From contig JALOQC010000009.1 of the NCBI GenBank assembly GCA_025453555.1, positions 1 to 56,244 on the forward strand: DNA of 56,244 bases, in the 5' to 3' direction. A program made the translations under genes and the position numbers. Positions 9,757-19,501 of the stretch are shown here, in pieces. The DNA comes from Myxococcota bacterium. GTDB lineage: Bacteria > Myxococcota_A > Polyangia > Polyangiales > Houyiibacteriaceae. Under the pieces are notes generated by a model. The model ran no database searches. It was not told the origin of the DNA and saw nothing but the letters and a program-made list of their open reading frames with translations. Numbering within the stretch: position 1 is the first letter of the stretch; each line of letters opens with the position of its first letter.

Positions 9757-10367
9757 GCGGACGACGAGAGTGGCTGCGCGGCGCGCTGCGCGTGGGTGGC
9801 CTCGGTCTCGCGCTCGCGCTCGGGGGCGGCCATTGGCTCGGGCGCGATCGCATCGCGCGCTGGAGAGCGGAGCGCGCGCTGCGCGAGCGCGTGGCGCCGG
9901 TGGAGATCCCGAACGCGGTGATGGATGCCTTCCTCGCGGACGTCGTGCGACACGATCCCGCGCTCGCGGCGCGACTGCACGACGACGTCGCGCTCGACTT
10001 GCTCGCGGGGCGGCTCCTGCTCTCGACCGATTTCTTCGCGCGCGGCGCGGGGGCTTCGGGCGAGCTCGCGTACCTGCGCTACGCGAACGTCTACGTGAGC
10101 GCGTGCTCGAATCCGTTCGCGCGTTTCGTCGACGCGCCTCTCCCACACGGCGGTGAACCTGCGCGCGCCGAGGCGCTCTACCATGCACACTGCGCGGCCT
10201 GTCACGACATGGGCGTAGGACCCGACCTCGCGGGCGTGGACGCGAGGCTCGGCGACGGCCTCGACACGATCGTGCGCGAGGGGCGCGGCGCGATGCCCTC
10301 CGCGCGCTCGCTCGGGCTCGACGACGACGCGATCGCGCGGCTGGTCGCGTGGCTGCGTGGACGCTGA
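9753..10367 (+). CDS. Tat-signal protein with a C-terminal monoheme cytochrome c domain
   Basis: GTG overlaps the GMC stop; SGRREWL twin-arginine-like signal; CAACH heme motif and GRGAMP axial Met region. Confidence 0.78.
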   Translation: MSGRREWLRGALRVGGLGLALALGGGHWLGRDRIARWRAERALRERVAPVEIPNAVMDAFLADVVRHDPALAARLHDDVALDLLAGRLLLSTDFFARGAGASGELAYLRYANVYVSACSNPFARFVDAPLPHGGEPARAEALYHAHCAACHDMGVGPDLAGVDARLGDGLDTIVREGRGAMPSARSLGLDDDAIARLVAWLRGR

Positions 10368-10493
10368 GGTTCTGCTCGACGGCGCGATCACAAGGCGCGT
10401 CACATCGCGGCACGAACTGAGCGTTCTGCTCGACGACGACGCGAGCGCGCGACGGGTCAGACGGATCGTGTCGGGTCGTGGGCGTCGGCCGAA

Positions 10494-12392
10494 TCAGCGC
10501 GCGCGCGGGCCGAACACCGGGCTCGACCACGCCATCTCGCCGTCGCGTTGCGTCACGCGCGCGTAGACGAAGTCGGCGTCGAGCGCGTGATCGAAGCGCA
10601 CCTCGTCGCCCTCGCCCTCGACCCGCACGATCGCGCCGCGCTCCGTCACCAGCTCCACCCGCGCGATCGCAGTGCTTCCGATCGCGTGCACCTCCACGTG
10701 CATCGCGCGGGTGTCGAGCTCGCTGCCCATCGGCGCGCCGTTCACGTGCACGTCGAGCAGGATCTTCGCGCCGCTCGTCGCGTAGCAGCGCCGCGCGCGC
10801 AGCGCTTCGAGGACGGCCGCACGATCGAGCGTCACCGCCTGCACCGCGGTGAGGCCGGTGCGGAAGGGATCGCGCTTGCGCGCTTCGCCGTGATGCCAGA
10901 GCAAACCGTGCGCGTCGCTGCCGCCGACGAAGCCGAAGCGATGACCCTTGCGGAGCATCGCGTCCGCGAGCTGATCGCGGTGCTCGCCGCGCATGCCGAG
11001 CGGGCTGTCCGCGGTCTCGTAGCAGCCGTGGCAGCTCACGATCTCCCAGAAAGGCTGGGCGATCTCGTCGTGTCCCGCTTCGTCGCAGCCGGTCCAGCCG
11101 ATGTGGTGCGGCGCGCAGATCGCGCCGAGCTCGCGCACGATCGAGGTGAGCTCGCGCCCCTCCGGCACGTCGTCGCGGCTCACGAGCGGCATGCTCCGCC
11201 GAGGCAGGTACACACACTTGTGGCCTGGGCCCGGATGCATCTTCGCGGTCCACTCGTAGGCGTAGAGGGCGACGAAGCGGCCCGGCACGTGGTGTCGATC
11301 GACCACCTGCTGGAGGTACTCCCATTCGCCCGGGCCGGTGCGTTTGCCGAGGAAGGCTTCGTGGTCGGTGAGCGCGACGAAGTCGTCGCCGTAGCGATGC
11401 CGCGCGCGCCAGTGCGCTTCGTCCGCGCTGCCGACGCCGTCGCTGTGCGCGCTGTGTTGTTGGAGATCGCCGAAGTAGGTGAAGAGGCCGCGCGCGCGCG
11501 CGGGATCGCGTCGATCGCGCGGCGGTGAGGAGAGCCGCTGGCGTCGCGTGAGATCGACCTGCGCGAGCTCGAGCTCCGGCGCGCCACCGATCGGCGCGTC
11601 GAGCAGGTCGACCTCGAGGCCACGTCGATCGCGGCGCGCGACCACCACGCGTGCGCCCATTCGAAGTGCGGCGACCCGGCGACCGCGGCTGCCCCACTCG
11701 CCGTCCGAGAGCGCGACACGTTCGGAGAATCCGTTCGCGTTCAGGTCTTGGCGCCAGAAGTTGTGGCTGCCGCGCCCGAAGAGCGCGAGCGCGCCGTCGC
11801 CGCCGAGCACGAGAGAGGGGAACTCGAAGCTCTGCTCCACCCCTTCGCGATCGCGGTCGCGACCGATCATCGGCGCGCGTGGTTCGAGCACGTCGCCGCG
11901 CGTGTTCACGAAACGGAGCGCGATCCACTTCGCGACGTCCGGTCGCGCGTCGTCCTCGCGCACGTCGTGGTGCCACGCGACCCACGCGCCTTCGTCCGTG
12001 GTCGCGATCGCGGGCGCGGCCGCGCAGCCCCACGCACGCCACACCAGGACGTCGAGCTCGCCTCGGATCAGCCGCACCTCGGTGACGCCTTCGACGTTCG
12101 TGATGCGCACGCAGGCGTCGTCCTCGTGGGCTTCGAGCTCCGCATCCGCGTCCGCGATCGCGCCGCGCCACACGGGGATCGCGGCGTGTGGATCGCCGCC
12201 CGGGAGCTCGTGCAGCGCGCCCGCGTCGTCGACGGTCCACGCGAGCACGCGTTCGACGCCCGCGATCGACGGGACGGAACCCGGCGCCACCGCGCGCTCC
12301 CAGGCGACCGCCTCGAGCCGCGCGCCCTTCGCGACGCGCACGAGCCGCGGCGCGCGCAGGTAGCGTTCGGGGGTCTGGGCGATCGTGGGCAT
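10494..12392 (-). CDS. PHP-like metallohydrolase (CehA/McbA / DUF3604-like)
   Basis: YFGDLQQHSAHSDG, DFVALTDH, YEWT, PHH, FGFVGGSDAH, EALRARRCYATSG. Start is 12392 or 12407. Confidence 0.8.
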   Translation of the reverse strand: MPTIAQTPERYLRAPRLVRVAKGARLEAVAWERAVAPGSVPSIAGVERVLAWTVDDAGALHELPGGDPHAAIPVWRGAIADADAELEAHEDDACVRITNVEGVTEVRLIRGELDVLVWRAWGCAAAPAIATTDEGAWVAWHHDVREDDARPDVAKWIALRFVNTRGDVLEPRAPMIGRDRDREGVEQSFEFPSLVLGGDGALALFGRGSHNFWRQDLNANGFSERVALSDGEWGSRGRRVAALRMGARVVVARRDRRGLEVDLLDAPIGGAPELELAQVDLTRRQRLSSPPRDRRDPARARGLFTYFGDLQQHSAHSDGVGSADEAHWRARHRYGDDFVALTDHEAFLGKRTGPGEWEYLQQVVDRHHVPGRFVALYAYEWTAKMHPGPGHKCVYLPRRSMPLVSRDDVPEGRELTSIVRELGAICAPHHIGWTGCDEAGHDEIAQPFWEIVSCHGCYETADSPLGMRGEHRDQLADAMLRKGHRFGFVGGSDAHGLLWHHGEARKRDPFRTGLTAVQAVTLDRAAVLEALRARRCYATSGAKILLDVHVNGAPMGSELDTRAMHVEVHAIGSTAIARVELVTERGAIVRVEGEGDEVRFDHALDADFVYARVTQRDGEMAWSSPVFGPRAR

Positions 12393-12613
12393 GCCATCGT
12401 TTGGCATCCCGGATCGCGCGCGTCCACTTCGTGGAGTCCCCGCCGACGACCGTCATGCCGAGGAAAGACGCACGCGATGTGATGCGCGGGATCCCGTGCT
12501 TCGGATCGCGCGCCCTCGAACCCAAAGATCGCGGGGGATTCGCGAGGGGGAGAGGGTTGCGCGACGCGCGCACGTGAGCTCTCGGTAGCCGACCGGCCGG
12601 GCGTCTCGGAGCA

Positions 12614-14293
12614 TCAGGGCAAGGTGATCCGGCGCGGCGTGTTGCTCGGCTCGCCCGAGTCTCCGAGCCGTCGGTTCGCGTTGCTGCCCCAACACCACAC
12701 CGACCCGTCGGCGCGCGTCGCGCACGTGTGGCGCTCGCCCGCCGAGAGGCTGCACACGTCGTCGAAGCCCGCGATCGGTCGATCGTCGGGGCCACGGACG
12801 TCCGCGCCTGCGGTGCCGTTTCCGAGCTGTCCGTCGTCGTTGCGACCCCAACAGGTCACGCGGCGGTCCGCGCCGTAGATCACGCAGGTGTGGTCTGCAC
12901 CCGGGGCGACTGCGTGTACGTCGTCGATCGCGAGCGAGCGCGACACGGGCACGATGTTCCCGGCGGCCGTGGACGATTGGCCGTGATCGTTGGCGCCCCA
13001 ACAGGCGACGCGACCCGCTTGGACACCGCACACGTGCGGTCGAATCTGCGTGCCGCTGAAGGTCCGCGTGCCCTTCGAGGCGAGGGCCGTGAAACCCATC
13101 ACGTCTGCGCCGCCGACCTCCACGGGAAGGGGCGTCTCCACCACGTCGCCCGCGCCCGAGTCGACCGAGAGCTGGTTCATGACGTTGTAGCCCCAGCACC
13201 TCACCGCGCCGTCGCCGACGAGCGCGCAGCTCGACCCGAGGCCCGCCGCGACCGCGGTGGCGGTGGTGATCTCGAACGCCTCGGTGGAACCGTCGAGCTG
13301 ATCGCACCCACCCGCCGCGCCCGTGCACTCCGGCGGTGGAACTCCGTCCGGGTCCGCGCCGAGCTCCGCGCTCGCGTTCTGCCCCCAACAACGCACTCCG
13401 CCGCCTTCGAGCGCGACGCAGGCGTGCCAGTAGCCGACCGCGAGATCCACGGCGGACGAGACGCCGACGACGGGCCGATCCAATTGGTGGTTCGAGTTGT
13501 TTCTCGTGCCGTCGCCGTTGCGGTCTTGGTCGCCGCCGTCGTTGCCCCAGCAGTAGACCTGACCATCGACGGTGTCGTCGAGCAGCGCACAACTGAAGTC
13601 GGCGCCGGCTCCGAGCGCGCGCGCGGGCGAGGGCAGGATCACGGCGGTCGGTCCGACGTCGGCGCTCGGGGACGCCCCGGCCTCGCCGCTCGTGTTCACT
13701 CCCCAACACACCACGCCCCCCTCGTGGTCGAGCGCACAGGTGTGGTCGTACCCGACCGCGACCGCGACGTAGCCCGCCGCGGTGCCGCAGGCTGGCGGAG
13801 GACCGCCGTCGCGATCGCCTCCATCGCCGCCATCGCGTGCTCCGCCGTCGCCCGCGTCGTCCGGGCCTCCGTCGCCCGCGTCGATCGGCGTGCCGCCGTC
13901 GAGACCACCGTCCGCTTCGCGGCCGCAGACCTCCTCGCACGCTCGGTCCGTCAACGAGATGCGTAGGGTCGCGCTGCGTCCGACGTCCGTCGTCGCGCAA
14001 CCGACGTAGCAACGACCTTCGCCGCACGTCGCACCCGACCACGCGCCGACCCACACCGCGACGTCGCCACGTGGGAGCTCGATCGGGGTCGCATCCCCTT
14101 CACGGAACACGTCGCCCATCGCCGTGGGGCGCTCGCCCGCGCAGGTGCCGTCCGAGGTGACGACGACCTCGAGATCGAGCGGCGACGGTGCGTCCGAAGG
14201 AAGCACGATCTCGAGCGGCACGCGCACGGTGTCCGAAGCACACGCGCCGACCGTCAGGCCGATCGCGAGAGGGAGCGCGAGTCCGAGCCGCAT
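12614..14293 (-). CDS. RCC1/BLIP-II repeat beta-propeller lipoprotein
   Basis: Repeated AVG..HTCAL...G.V.CWG.N..GQLG units (about 7); signal peptide with TVGAC lipobox; DGG/DAG linker. Confidence 0.88.
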   Translation of the reverse strand: MRLGLALPLAIGLTVGACASDTVRVPLEIVLPSDAPSPLDLEVVVTSDGTCAGERPTAMGDVFREGDATPIELPRGDVAVWVGAWSGATCGEGRCYVGCATTDVGRSATLRISLTDRACEEVCGREADGGLDGGTPIDAGDGGPDDAGDGGARDGGDGGDRDGGPPPACGTAAGYVAVAVGYDHTCALDHEGGVVCWGVNTSGEAGASPSADVGPTAVILPSPARALGAGADFSCALLDDTVDGQVYCWGNDGGDQDRNGDGTRNNSNHQLDRPVVGVSSAVDLAVGYWHACVALEGGGVRCWGQNASAELGADPDGVPPPECTGAAGGCDQLDGSTEAFEITTATAVAAGLGSSCALVGDGAVRCWGYNVMNQLSVDSGAGDVVETPLPVEVGGADVMGFTALASKGTRTFSGTQIRPHVCGVQAGRVACWGANDHGQSSTAAGNIVPVSRSLAIDDVHAVAPGADHTCVIYGADRRVTCWGRNDDGQLGNGTAGADVRGPDDRPIAGFDDVCSLSAGERHTCATRADGSVWCWGSNANRRLGDSGEPSNTPRRITLP

Positions 14294-14421
14294 CGCGGCG
14301 AGGATAGCAGCGCCACGGCGAACGTCGTGGTTTCGCGCACCTCTCGCACGCGCGCGAGGCTGGCTCGCGACGCCGACTTCAGCACTGCTCGCGCCCGTCG
14401 AAACTGGGCTACGCTCGCGCC

Positions 14422-15240
14422 GTGCGCGTGTTCGTCTTCGTCCTCCTGTCGACCTCGCTCCTCGCGTCGACCAGCGCGGCGCAGAGCGTCGAAGCGGCGG
14501 AGGCTCGATATCGCCGTGGTGATCTCCCGGGCGCGCTCGAAGCCTTCGAGGCGACGCTCCGTGGCGGAGGGCTCGAGGGCTCCACGCTGGCGCGCGTACA
14601 CTGGCACCTCGGGGTGCTCCACGCGATCGTGGGCGACGACGCGGCTGCGCGGACGGACTTCGGGAACGCGCTCGCGATCGATCCGTCGCTGCCGGTCCCG
14701 GACGAGCTGCCACCCGAGAAGCAAGCTCTCTTCGAGGCGGTCCGTCGCGACACGCAGCGCGCGGAGCTGCACGTCGAGCCGCTCGAGGTCGATCCCGGAG
14801 GCGAGACGATCCTGCGCGTCGTCGCGCCGCCGCTCGCGACGCGCACACGCCTCGAGGTGACGCCGCCGGACGGAGATCCGTGGTCCGTCGAGACGACCTC
14901 GACCTCCGCGCGCATCGACGCGGTCGCGTGGCGTGGGGCGCCGCGGCTCGTGGTGCGCGCGATCGCGTTCGACGCCCACGGCAACGTCGTCGCGCGCACG
15001 TCGGTGTCGCTCGTGGCGCCGCGTGGTTCGAGCGAGCCCGCCGAAGGGCCCGAGCAGTACGCGCTCCCCTACGAGACGCCTCCCGAACGTTCCGTCGCCA
15101 AGAGCCCGTGGCTTTGGCTCGGCATCGGCGCGGTCGTGATCGGCGGTGCGGTCGCGGCGGTGCTGCTCACGACACGCGACACACGCTACGTCGCCGAGCC
15201 TTCGGTGGTCCGTTCGGGCCTCGTCCTCACGTGGCCATGA
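14422..15240 (+). CDS. Secreted TPR-like protein with a C-terminal TM anchor
   Basis: Signal peptide, TPR-like helices (A..RYRRGDL..AL..F; LGVLHAI.GD...AR..F..ALAIDP), SPWLWLGIGAVV TM segment; ATGA overlap with the kinase. Confidence 0.65.
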   Translation: MRVFVFVLLSTSLLASTSAAQSVEAAEARYRRGDLPGALEAFEATLRGGGLEGSTLARVHWHLGVLHAIVGDDAAARTDFGNALAIDPSLPVPDELPPEKQALFEAVRRDTQRAELHVEPLEVDPGGETILRVVAPPLATRTRLEVTPPDGDPWSVETTSTSARIDAVAWRGAPRLVVRAIAFDAHGNVVARTSVSLVAPRGSSEPAEGPEQYALPYETPPERSVAKSPWLWLGIGAVVIGGAVAAVLLTTRDTRYVAEPSVVRSGLVLTWP

Positions 15241-17060
15241 GCACGCGCCTCGGACCGTACGAGCTGCTCCAGGAGGTCGGCTACGGCGGCATGGGCTCGG
15301 TGTACCTCGGTCGTCGCGTCGGCCTCGGAGGCTTCCACAAATGGGTCGCCATCAAGACGATCCACCCACACCTCGCGAAGGAGGCGGCCTTCGTCACGAT
15401 GTTCCTCGACGAGGCGCGCACCGCGGCGTCGATGCAGCACCCGAACGTCACCACGGTGTTCGACGTCGGCGAAGCGGACGGCACGTACTACCTCGCGATG
15501 GAGTACCTGCACGGCGAGCACCTCGGCGTGTTCCAGGGCACGGGACCAATCGATCCGTTCCTCGCCGCGCACGCGATCGCGCGCGCGGCGGAGGGCCTCC
15601 ATCACGCGCACGAGATCACGGACGAGCAGGGGATCCCACGTGGCCTCGTGCATCGCGACGTCAGCCCGCACAACGTCTTCCTCACGTACGACGGTCACGT
15701 GAAGGTCACCGACTTCGGCATCGCGCGCGCCGAGGGGCGGCTCGCGAAGACGACCGAGACGGGGCGCATTCGAGGCAAGTGCGCGTACATGGCGCCGGAG
15801 CAGGTGCAGGCGCTGCCGCTCGATCGACGCGCGGATCTCTTCGCGCTCGGCGTGGTGCTCTGGGAGCTCGTGACGGGCGAGCGCCTCTACGTCGCGCCGA
15901 CCGACGCGCAGGTGCTGCTCGCGATTCTCCGCGAGGAGCCGCGACCGCCTTCCATCCTCGTCCCGGATTGTCCGCCCGCGCTCGAAGCGATCGTGATGAA
16001 GTGCCTCGCGCGCGATCCCGACGACCGCTTCGCGACGGGGGCGGAGCTCGCGCGCGCGCTCGACGCGTTCGTCGCCACGGCGTCGCGGCCGATCGGTGCG
16101 GCGGCGCTCGCGGGGTTGATGCAGGAGCGCTTCGAGTCGACGCGGGTCGAGAAAGACCGGCTGCTTCGCGGCGCGGCGGTCCCGAGGGGCGCGAGCTCGG
16201 ACGTGGTGTTGGCGGAGACCGTCGCGGCAGACGCGCTCTTGGCGTCGGACGAGGGTCGGGTCGAAGCCCGTGGGACGGCGGATGGGGCATCGACGTCGTC
16301 GACCGCGAGAGGGTCGGCCACGAGACCTTCGCTGCGTGCGATCGCAGCGGGCCTCGTCGTCCTCGCCGTGGTCGGGGTCGCGATCGGCTTCGCGATGGGT
16401 CGACCGGAGCCCACGCTGGCGCGTTTGGAGAGTGAGCCTGGTCTCGGGCCAGGTGCAGGAGCGAGCGGCGCCGGACCGAGCGGTGAAGCGCGTCTCGGCG
16501 AAGCCATCGAGCCGAGCGCGCCGAGCGACGCCGTGCGCGACATGGCGAGCGACTCCGCGAGCGACGTCGTGTCGGGCAATGCGGAAGCGAGCGCGAGGCC
16601 CGCGTCGAACACGGCGAGCGCGCCGAGTCCGAGCGCGCCGAGTCCGAGCGCGCCGAGTCCGAGCGCGCCGAGTCCGAGCGCACCGAGTCCGAGCGCACCG
16701 AGCGCGCGATCGAGCGCGATGCGCAGCGACCGAGCTCGCGGGACGTCGAGGGGGCCTTCCACGCCGTCGAGCGAGCCCGCAGTCGTCGAAGCTTCTCGGT
16801 CGGCCGGGTCAGCGGCCGACGAAGCTTCGCAGGCGGCTCCCTCGTCCGCGCGCGCGACGCTCAGTTTGTTGACGGAGCCGTGGGCCACGGTGCGCATCGG
16901 CGGACGCGACTACGGACGCACGCCGCTCTTCGCGCGCGACGTGCCTGCGGGTCGCTTGGTCATCGAGCTCCGTGCGCGCGGCGAGGGCGACGTCGTTTCC
17001 CGCACCGTGAACGCCTCCGCCGGCGAGGCGGTGAGCCTGCGCGTGACGCTGCCCGATTGA
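15237..17060 (+). CDS. Membrane Ser/Thr protein kinase with a C-terminal PEGA-like domain
   Basis: GYGGMGSVY, VAIK, HRDVSPHN, DFG, YMAPEQ, DLFALG; TM segment, APSPS linker and TEPWATVRIGG..GRTPL. Confidence 0.95.
   Translation: MSTRLGPYELLQEVGYGGMGSVYLGRRVGLGGFHKWVAIKTIHPHLAKEAAFVTMFLDEARTAASMQHPNVTTVFDVGEADGTYYLAMEYLHGEHLGVFQGTGPIDPFLAAHAIARAAEGLHHAHEITDEQGIPRGLVHRDVSPHNVFLTYDGHVKVTDFGIARAEGRLAKTTETGRIRGKCAYMAPEQVQALPLDRRADLFALGVVLWELVTGERLYVAPTDAQVLLAILREEPRPPSILVPDCPPALEAIVMKCLARDPDDRFATGAELARALDAFVATASRPIGAAALAGLMQERFESTRVEKDRLLRGAAVPRGASSDVVLAETVAADALLASDEGRVEARGTADGASTSSTARGSATRPSLRAIAAGLVVLAVVGVAIGFAMGRPEPTLARLESEPGLGPGAGASGAGPSGEARLGEAIEPSAPSDAVRDMASDSASDVVSGNAEASARPASNTASAPSPSAPSPSAPSPSAPSPSAPSPSAPSARSSAMRSDRARGTSRGPSTPSSEPAVVEASRSAGSAADEASQAAPSSARATLSLLTEPWATVRIGGRDYGRTPLFARDVPAGRLVIELRARGEGDVVSRTVNASAGEAVSLRVTLPD
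16616..16705 (+). repeat. 15-bp tandem repeat (GAGCGCGCCGAGTCC, about 6 copies) encoding SAPSP in the kinase linker
   Basis: Directly visible. Confidence 0.85.
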
Positions 17061-17105
17061 GGGTGCACCGAGACCACGACGAGCAGTCTGGCACCGGTCA
17101 CGACC

Positions 17106-17888
17106 TCACGACGGTCGAGCGTTCGACTTCGGCAACCCCGACAACGTGCCGAGGGCGCCGACTGGCACACCCGGTATCGACGCGGACGCGATCTCCCACG
17201 TGAAGCGTCGGTCGGGATCGGCCTCTGCGATCAGCTCGTGCAGATCTTCGGGACCGTACAGCCGCAGCATCGACGCCACGCCGTCGTAGAAGAGCAGCGC
17301 CGGGATGGCCGGCACCGCCCACGTGAGCGCGAGCCGCTCCCACCGGAACGGGCGCACGAACGGTGCGGCGACGAAGCTGCTCGCGGCCGCGAGGCTGACC
17401 ACGCCCATCCCGATCCCGCGGTGATCGCTGGCCTCGACCACCACGATCGACTGCGCCTTCGCCACGGCGTCGCGCAGCACCCCGAACGCCGCTTCGCGCG
17501 GCAGGTGGTGGAAGCCGTTGAAGAGCGTGCGCACGCCGGCGATCGACACGTCAGTCGCGTCCGTCGGCTCACGGCGACCGCGCACGCGTCCGGCGGTGCG
17601 CGCCTCGATCGCGTCGAAGGCGGCGTGATTCGGATAGAGATCGGTGAGCACGACCTCGACCTCGGGCAGGCGCGCGCAGAGGCCCGCCCACGGGCCACCG
17701 CCGCCGCTGCAGAGATCGACCACGCGCCGAACCGAGCTCGCGGCGAGCGCGCGTTCGAGCAAGGGCACGACGGGCTCGAAGCCACGCGTGACCTCCGCGA
17801 GGAAGCGCAAGTGGTCGGTGACTGCGTCGCGAAGCACGCGCGGGCACCAAGGCTGATCTTCGATCTCCGGCACGTTCAGGCGTCGCAT
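17106..17888 (-). CDS. Class I SAM-dependent methyltransferase-like protein
   Basis: VVDLCSGGGGP, LTDLYPN, FNGFHH; start at MRRLNVPEIED. Confidence 0.75.
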   Translation of the reverse strand: MRRLNVPEIEDQPWCPRVLRDAVTDHLRFLAEVTRGFEPVVPLLERALAASSVRRVVDLCSGGGGPWAGLCARLPEVEVVLTDLYPNHAAFDAIEARTAGRVRGRREPTDATDVSIAGVRTLFNGFHHLPREAAFGVLRDAVAKAQSIVVVEASDHRGIGMGVVSLAAASSFVAAPFVRPFRWERLALTWAVPAIPALLFYDGVASMLRLYGPEDLHELIAEADPDRRFTWEIASASIPGVPVGALGTLSGLPKSNARPS

Positions 17889-18032
17889 GACGCCGAGGGT
17901 ACGCGCGTCGAGGCGGAGCACGCGAGGCGCGCCGCGTGCCGAGGATGCCGACGTCGGGGAATGCGAGGCGCCTCGGCGTTCGTCGTGACCGCGCGCTCGC
18001 CCGATCCCGCGCGCGACGCTATAGCCCGCCCG

Positions 18033-19373
18033 ATGCCGCAGTCCTTCGAAGCCGAGCTCTCCGGTTGGGGCAAGTACCCCGTCGCCCGTTGCCGCGTGCA
18101 GGTCCCCGAGACGGTCGAGCAGCTCCGTGCGTCGCTCGTCCCCGGCACGATCGCGCGCGGCCTCGGTCGCAGCTACGGCGACCCCGCCCTCAACGAAGGC
18201 GGCACCGTCGTCGACTGCACGGGCCTCGATCGTTACCTCGCGTTCGACGAGGCGACGGGCACGCTCACGTGCGAGGCCGGCACGAGCCTGAAGCAGATCA
18301 TCGAAGACTTCGCGCCGCGCGGGTTCTTCCCCGCCATCACGCCCGGCACGAAGTTCGTGACCGTCGGCGGATGCATCGCGAACGACGTGCACGGCAAGGC
18401 CCACCACGTGGACGGCTGCTTCTCGAGCTGCGTCGATTCGATGACGGTGCTGCTCGCATCGGGCGAAGTGGTCCGCGCGTCGCGCGACGAGAACGCGGAT
18501 CTCTTCTGGGGCACCTTCGGCGGCATGGGGCTCCTCGGCATCGTGCTCAGCGCGACGATGCGCCTACGACGGGTCGAGACCACGTTCTTCCACCAGCGCG
18601 CCGTTCGCGCGCGCGACCTCGACGAGCTGCTCGCGGCCATCCACGAGAACGACGCGCGCTACCCGTACAGCGTCGCGTGGCTCGACAGCTTGGCGACCGG
18701 CGCGCGGCTCGGGCGCGGCGTGCTGACGGTGGGTGAGCACTGCACGCGCGCAGATCTGCCGGCCAAGTTGGATCCGCTCCGCATCACCCCGCCGTCGCCG
18801 GTGGTGGTGCCCTTCGACCTTCCGAGCTCCGCGCTCAACGGTTTCACGATCCGCATCCTCAACGGCGTGCTCGATCAGGTGCAGTCGCATGGCGCGGCGA
18901 TCGCCCACTACGAGAAGTTCTTCTACCCGCTCGACTTCGTCGGGGAGTGGAACCGCGGCTACGGCAAGCGCGGCTTCACCCAGTACCAGTTCGTGATCCC
19001 GCTCGCCGACGGTCCACGTCGCATCCGCGAGATCCTCGAAGCGATCGCGACGAGCGGGCAGGCACCGTTCCTCAACGTGCTCAAGAAGTTCGGTCGCGAG
19101 CAGGGTCTGCTCTCGTTTCCCTTCGAGGGATACACCTTCGCGATCGACTTCCCGGTGCGCGACGGGCTCGTCGAGCTGCTTCGACGCCTCGATCGCATGG
19201 TCCTCGACGCGGGCGGGCGCATCTACCTCGGCAAGGACGCCTTCGTGGACGCGCCGACCTTCCGCGCGATGTACCCGAAGGTCGACGAGTGGCTCGCGAT
19301 CAAGCGGAAGTACGACCCGACCGACGTCTTCACGTCGAACCTCGGACGCCGCGTCGGGCTGACCGCGTCTTGA
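18033..19373 (+). CDS. FAD-binding oxidoreductase, DprE1-like (VAO/PCMH family)
   Basis: ARGLGRSYGD, PGTKFVTVGG.IANDVHGK.HH, GGMGLLG, YG.RGF.QYQ, GGRIYLGKD. Confidence 0.9.
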   Translation: MPQSFEAELSGWGKYPVARCRVQVPETVEQLRASLVPGTIARGLGRSYGDPALNEGGTVVDCTGLDRYLAFDEATGTLTCEAGTSLKQIIEDFAPRGFFPAITPGTKFVTVGGCIANDVHGKAHHVDGCFSSCVDSMTVLLASGEVVRASRDENADLFWGTFGGMGLLGIVLSATMRLRRVETTFFHQRAVRARDLDELLAAIHENDARYPYSVAWLDSLATGARLGRGVLTVGEHCTRADLPAKLDPLRITPPSPVVVPFDLPSSALNGFTIRILNGVLDQVQSHGAAIAHYEKFFYPLDFVGEWNRGYGKRGFTQYQFVIPLADGPRRIREILEAIATSGQAPFLNVLKKFGREQGLLSFPFEGYTFAIDFPVRDGLVELLRRLDRMVLDAGGRIYLGKDAFVDAPTFRAMYPKVDEWLAIKRKYDPTDVFTSNLGRRVGLTAS

Positions 19374-19501
19374 GCCGTCGCGTCGAGCCGACCGCGTCTC
19401 GAGCCTTCGCGCTCACGCCGTCGCAGACGCCGTCGCAGGGCGTCGCTCGACGCCGACCCGAACGTGCCGCCCGCTGCGGTCCGGCGTGGTGCGCCGAGCC
19501 C

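Noticed and set aside
8248-12795. 1515-aa minus-strand ORF
   Set aside because: Arg/Ala-rich shadow frame overlapping the GMC, cytochrome and PHP genes; no motifs. Long open frames are expected at this GC content.
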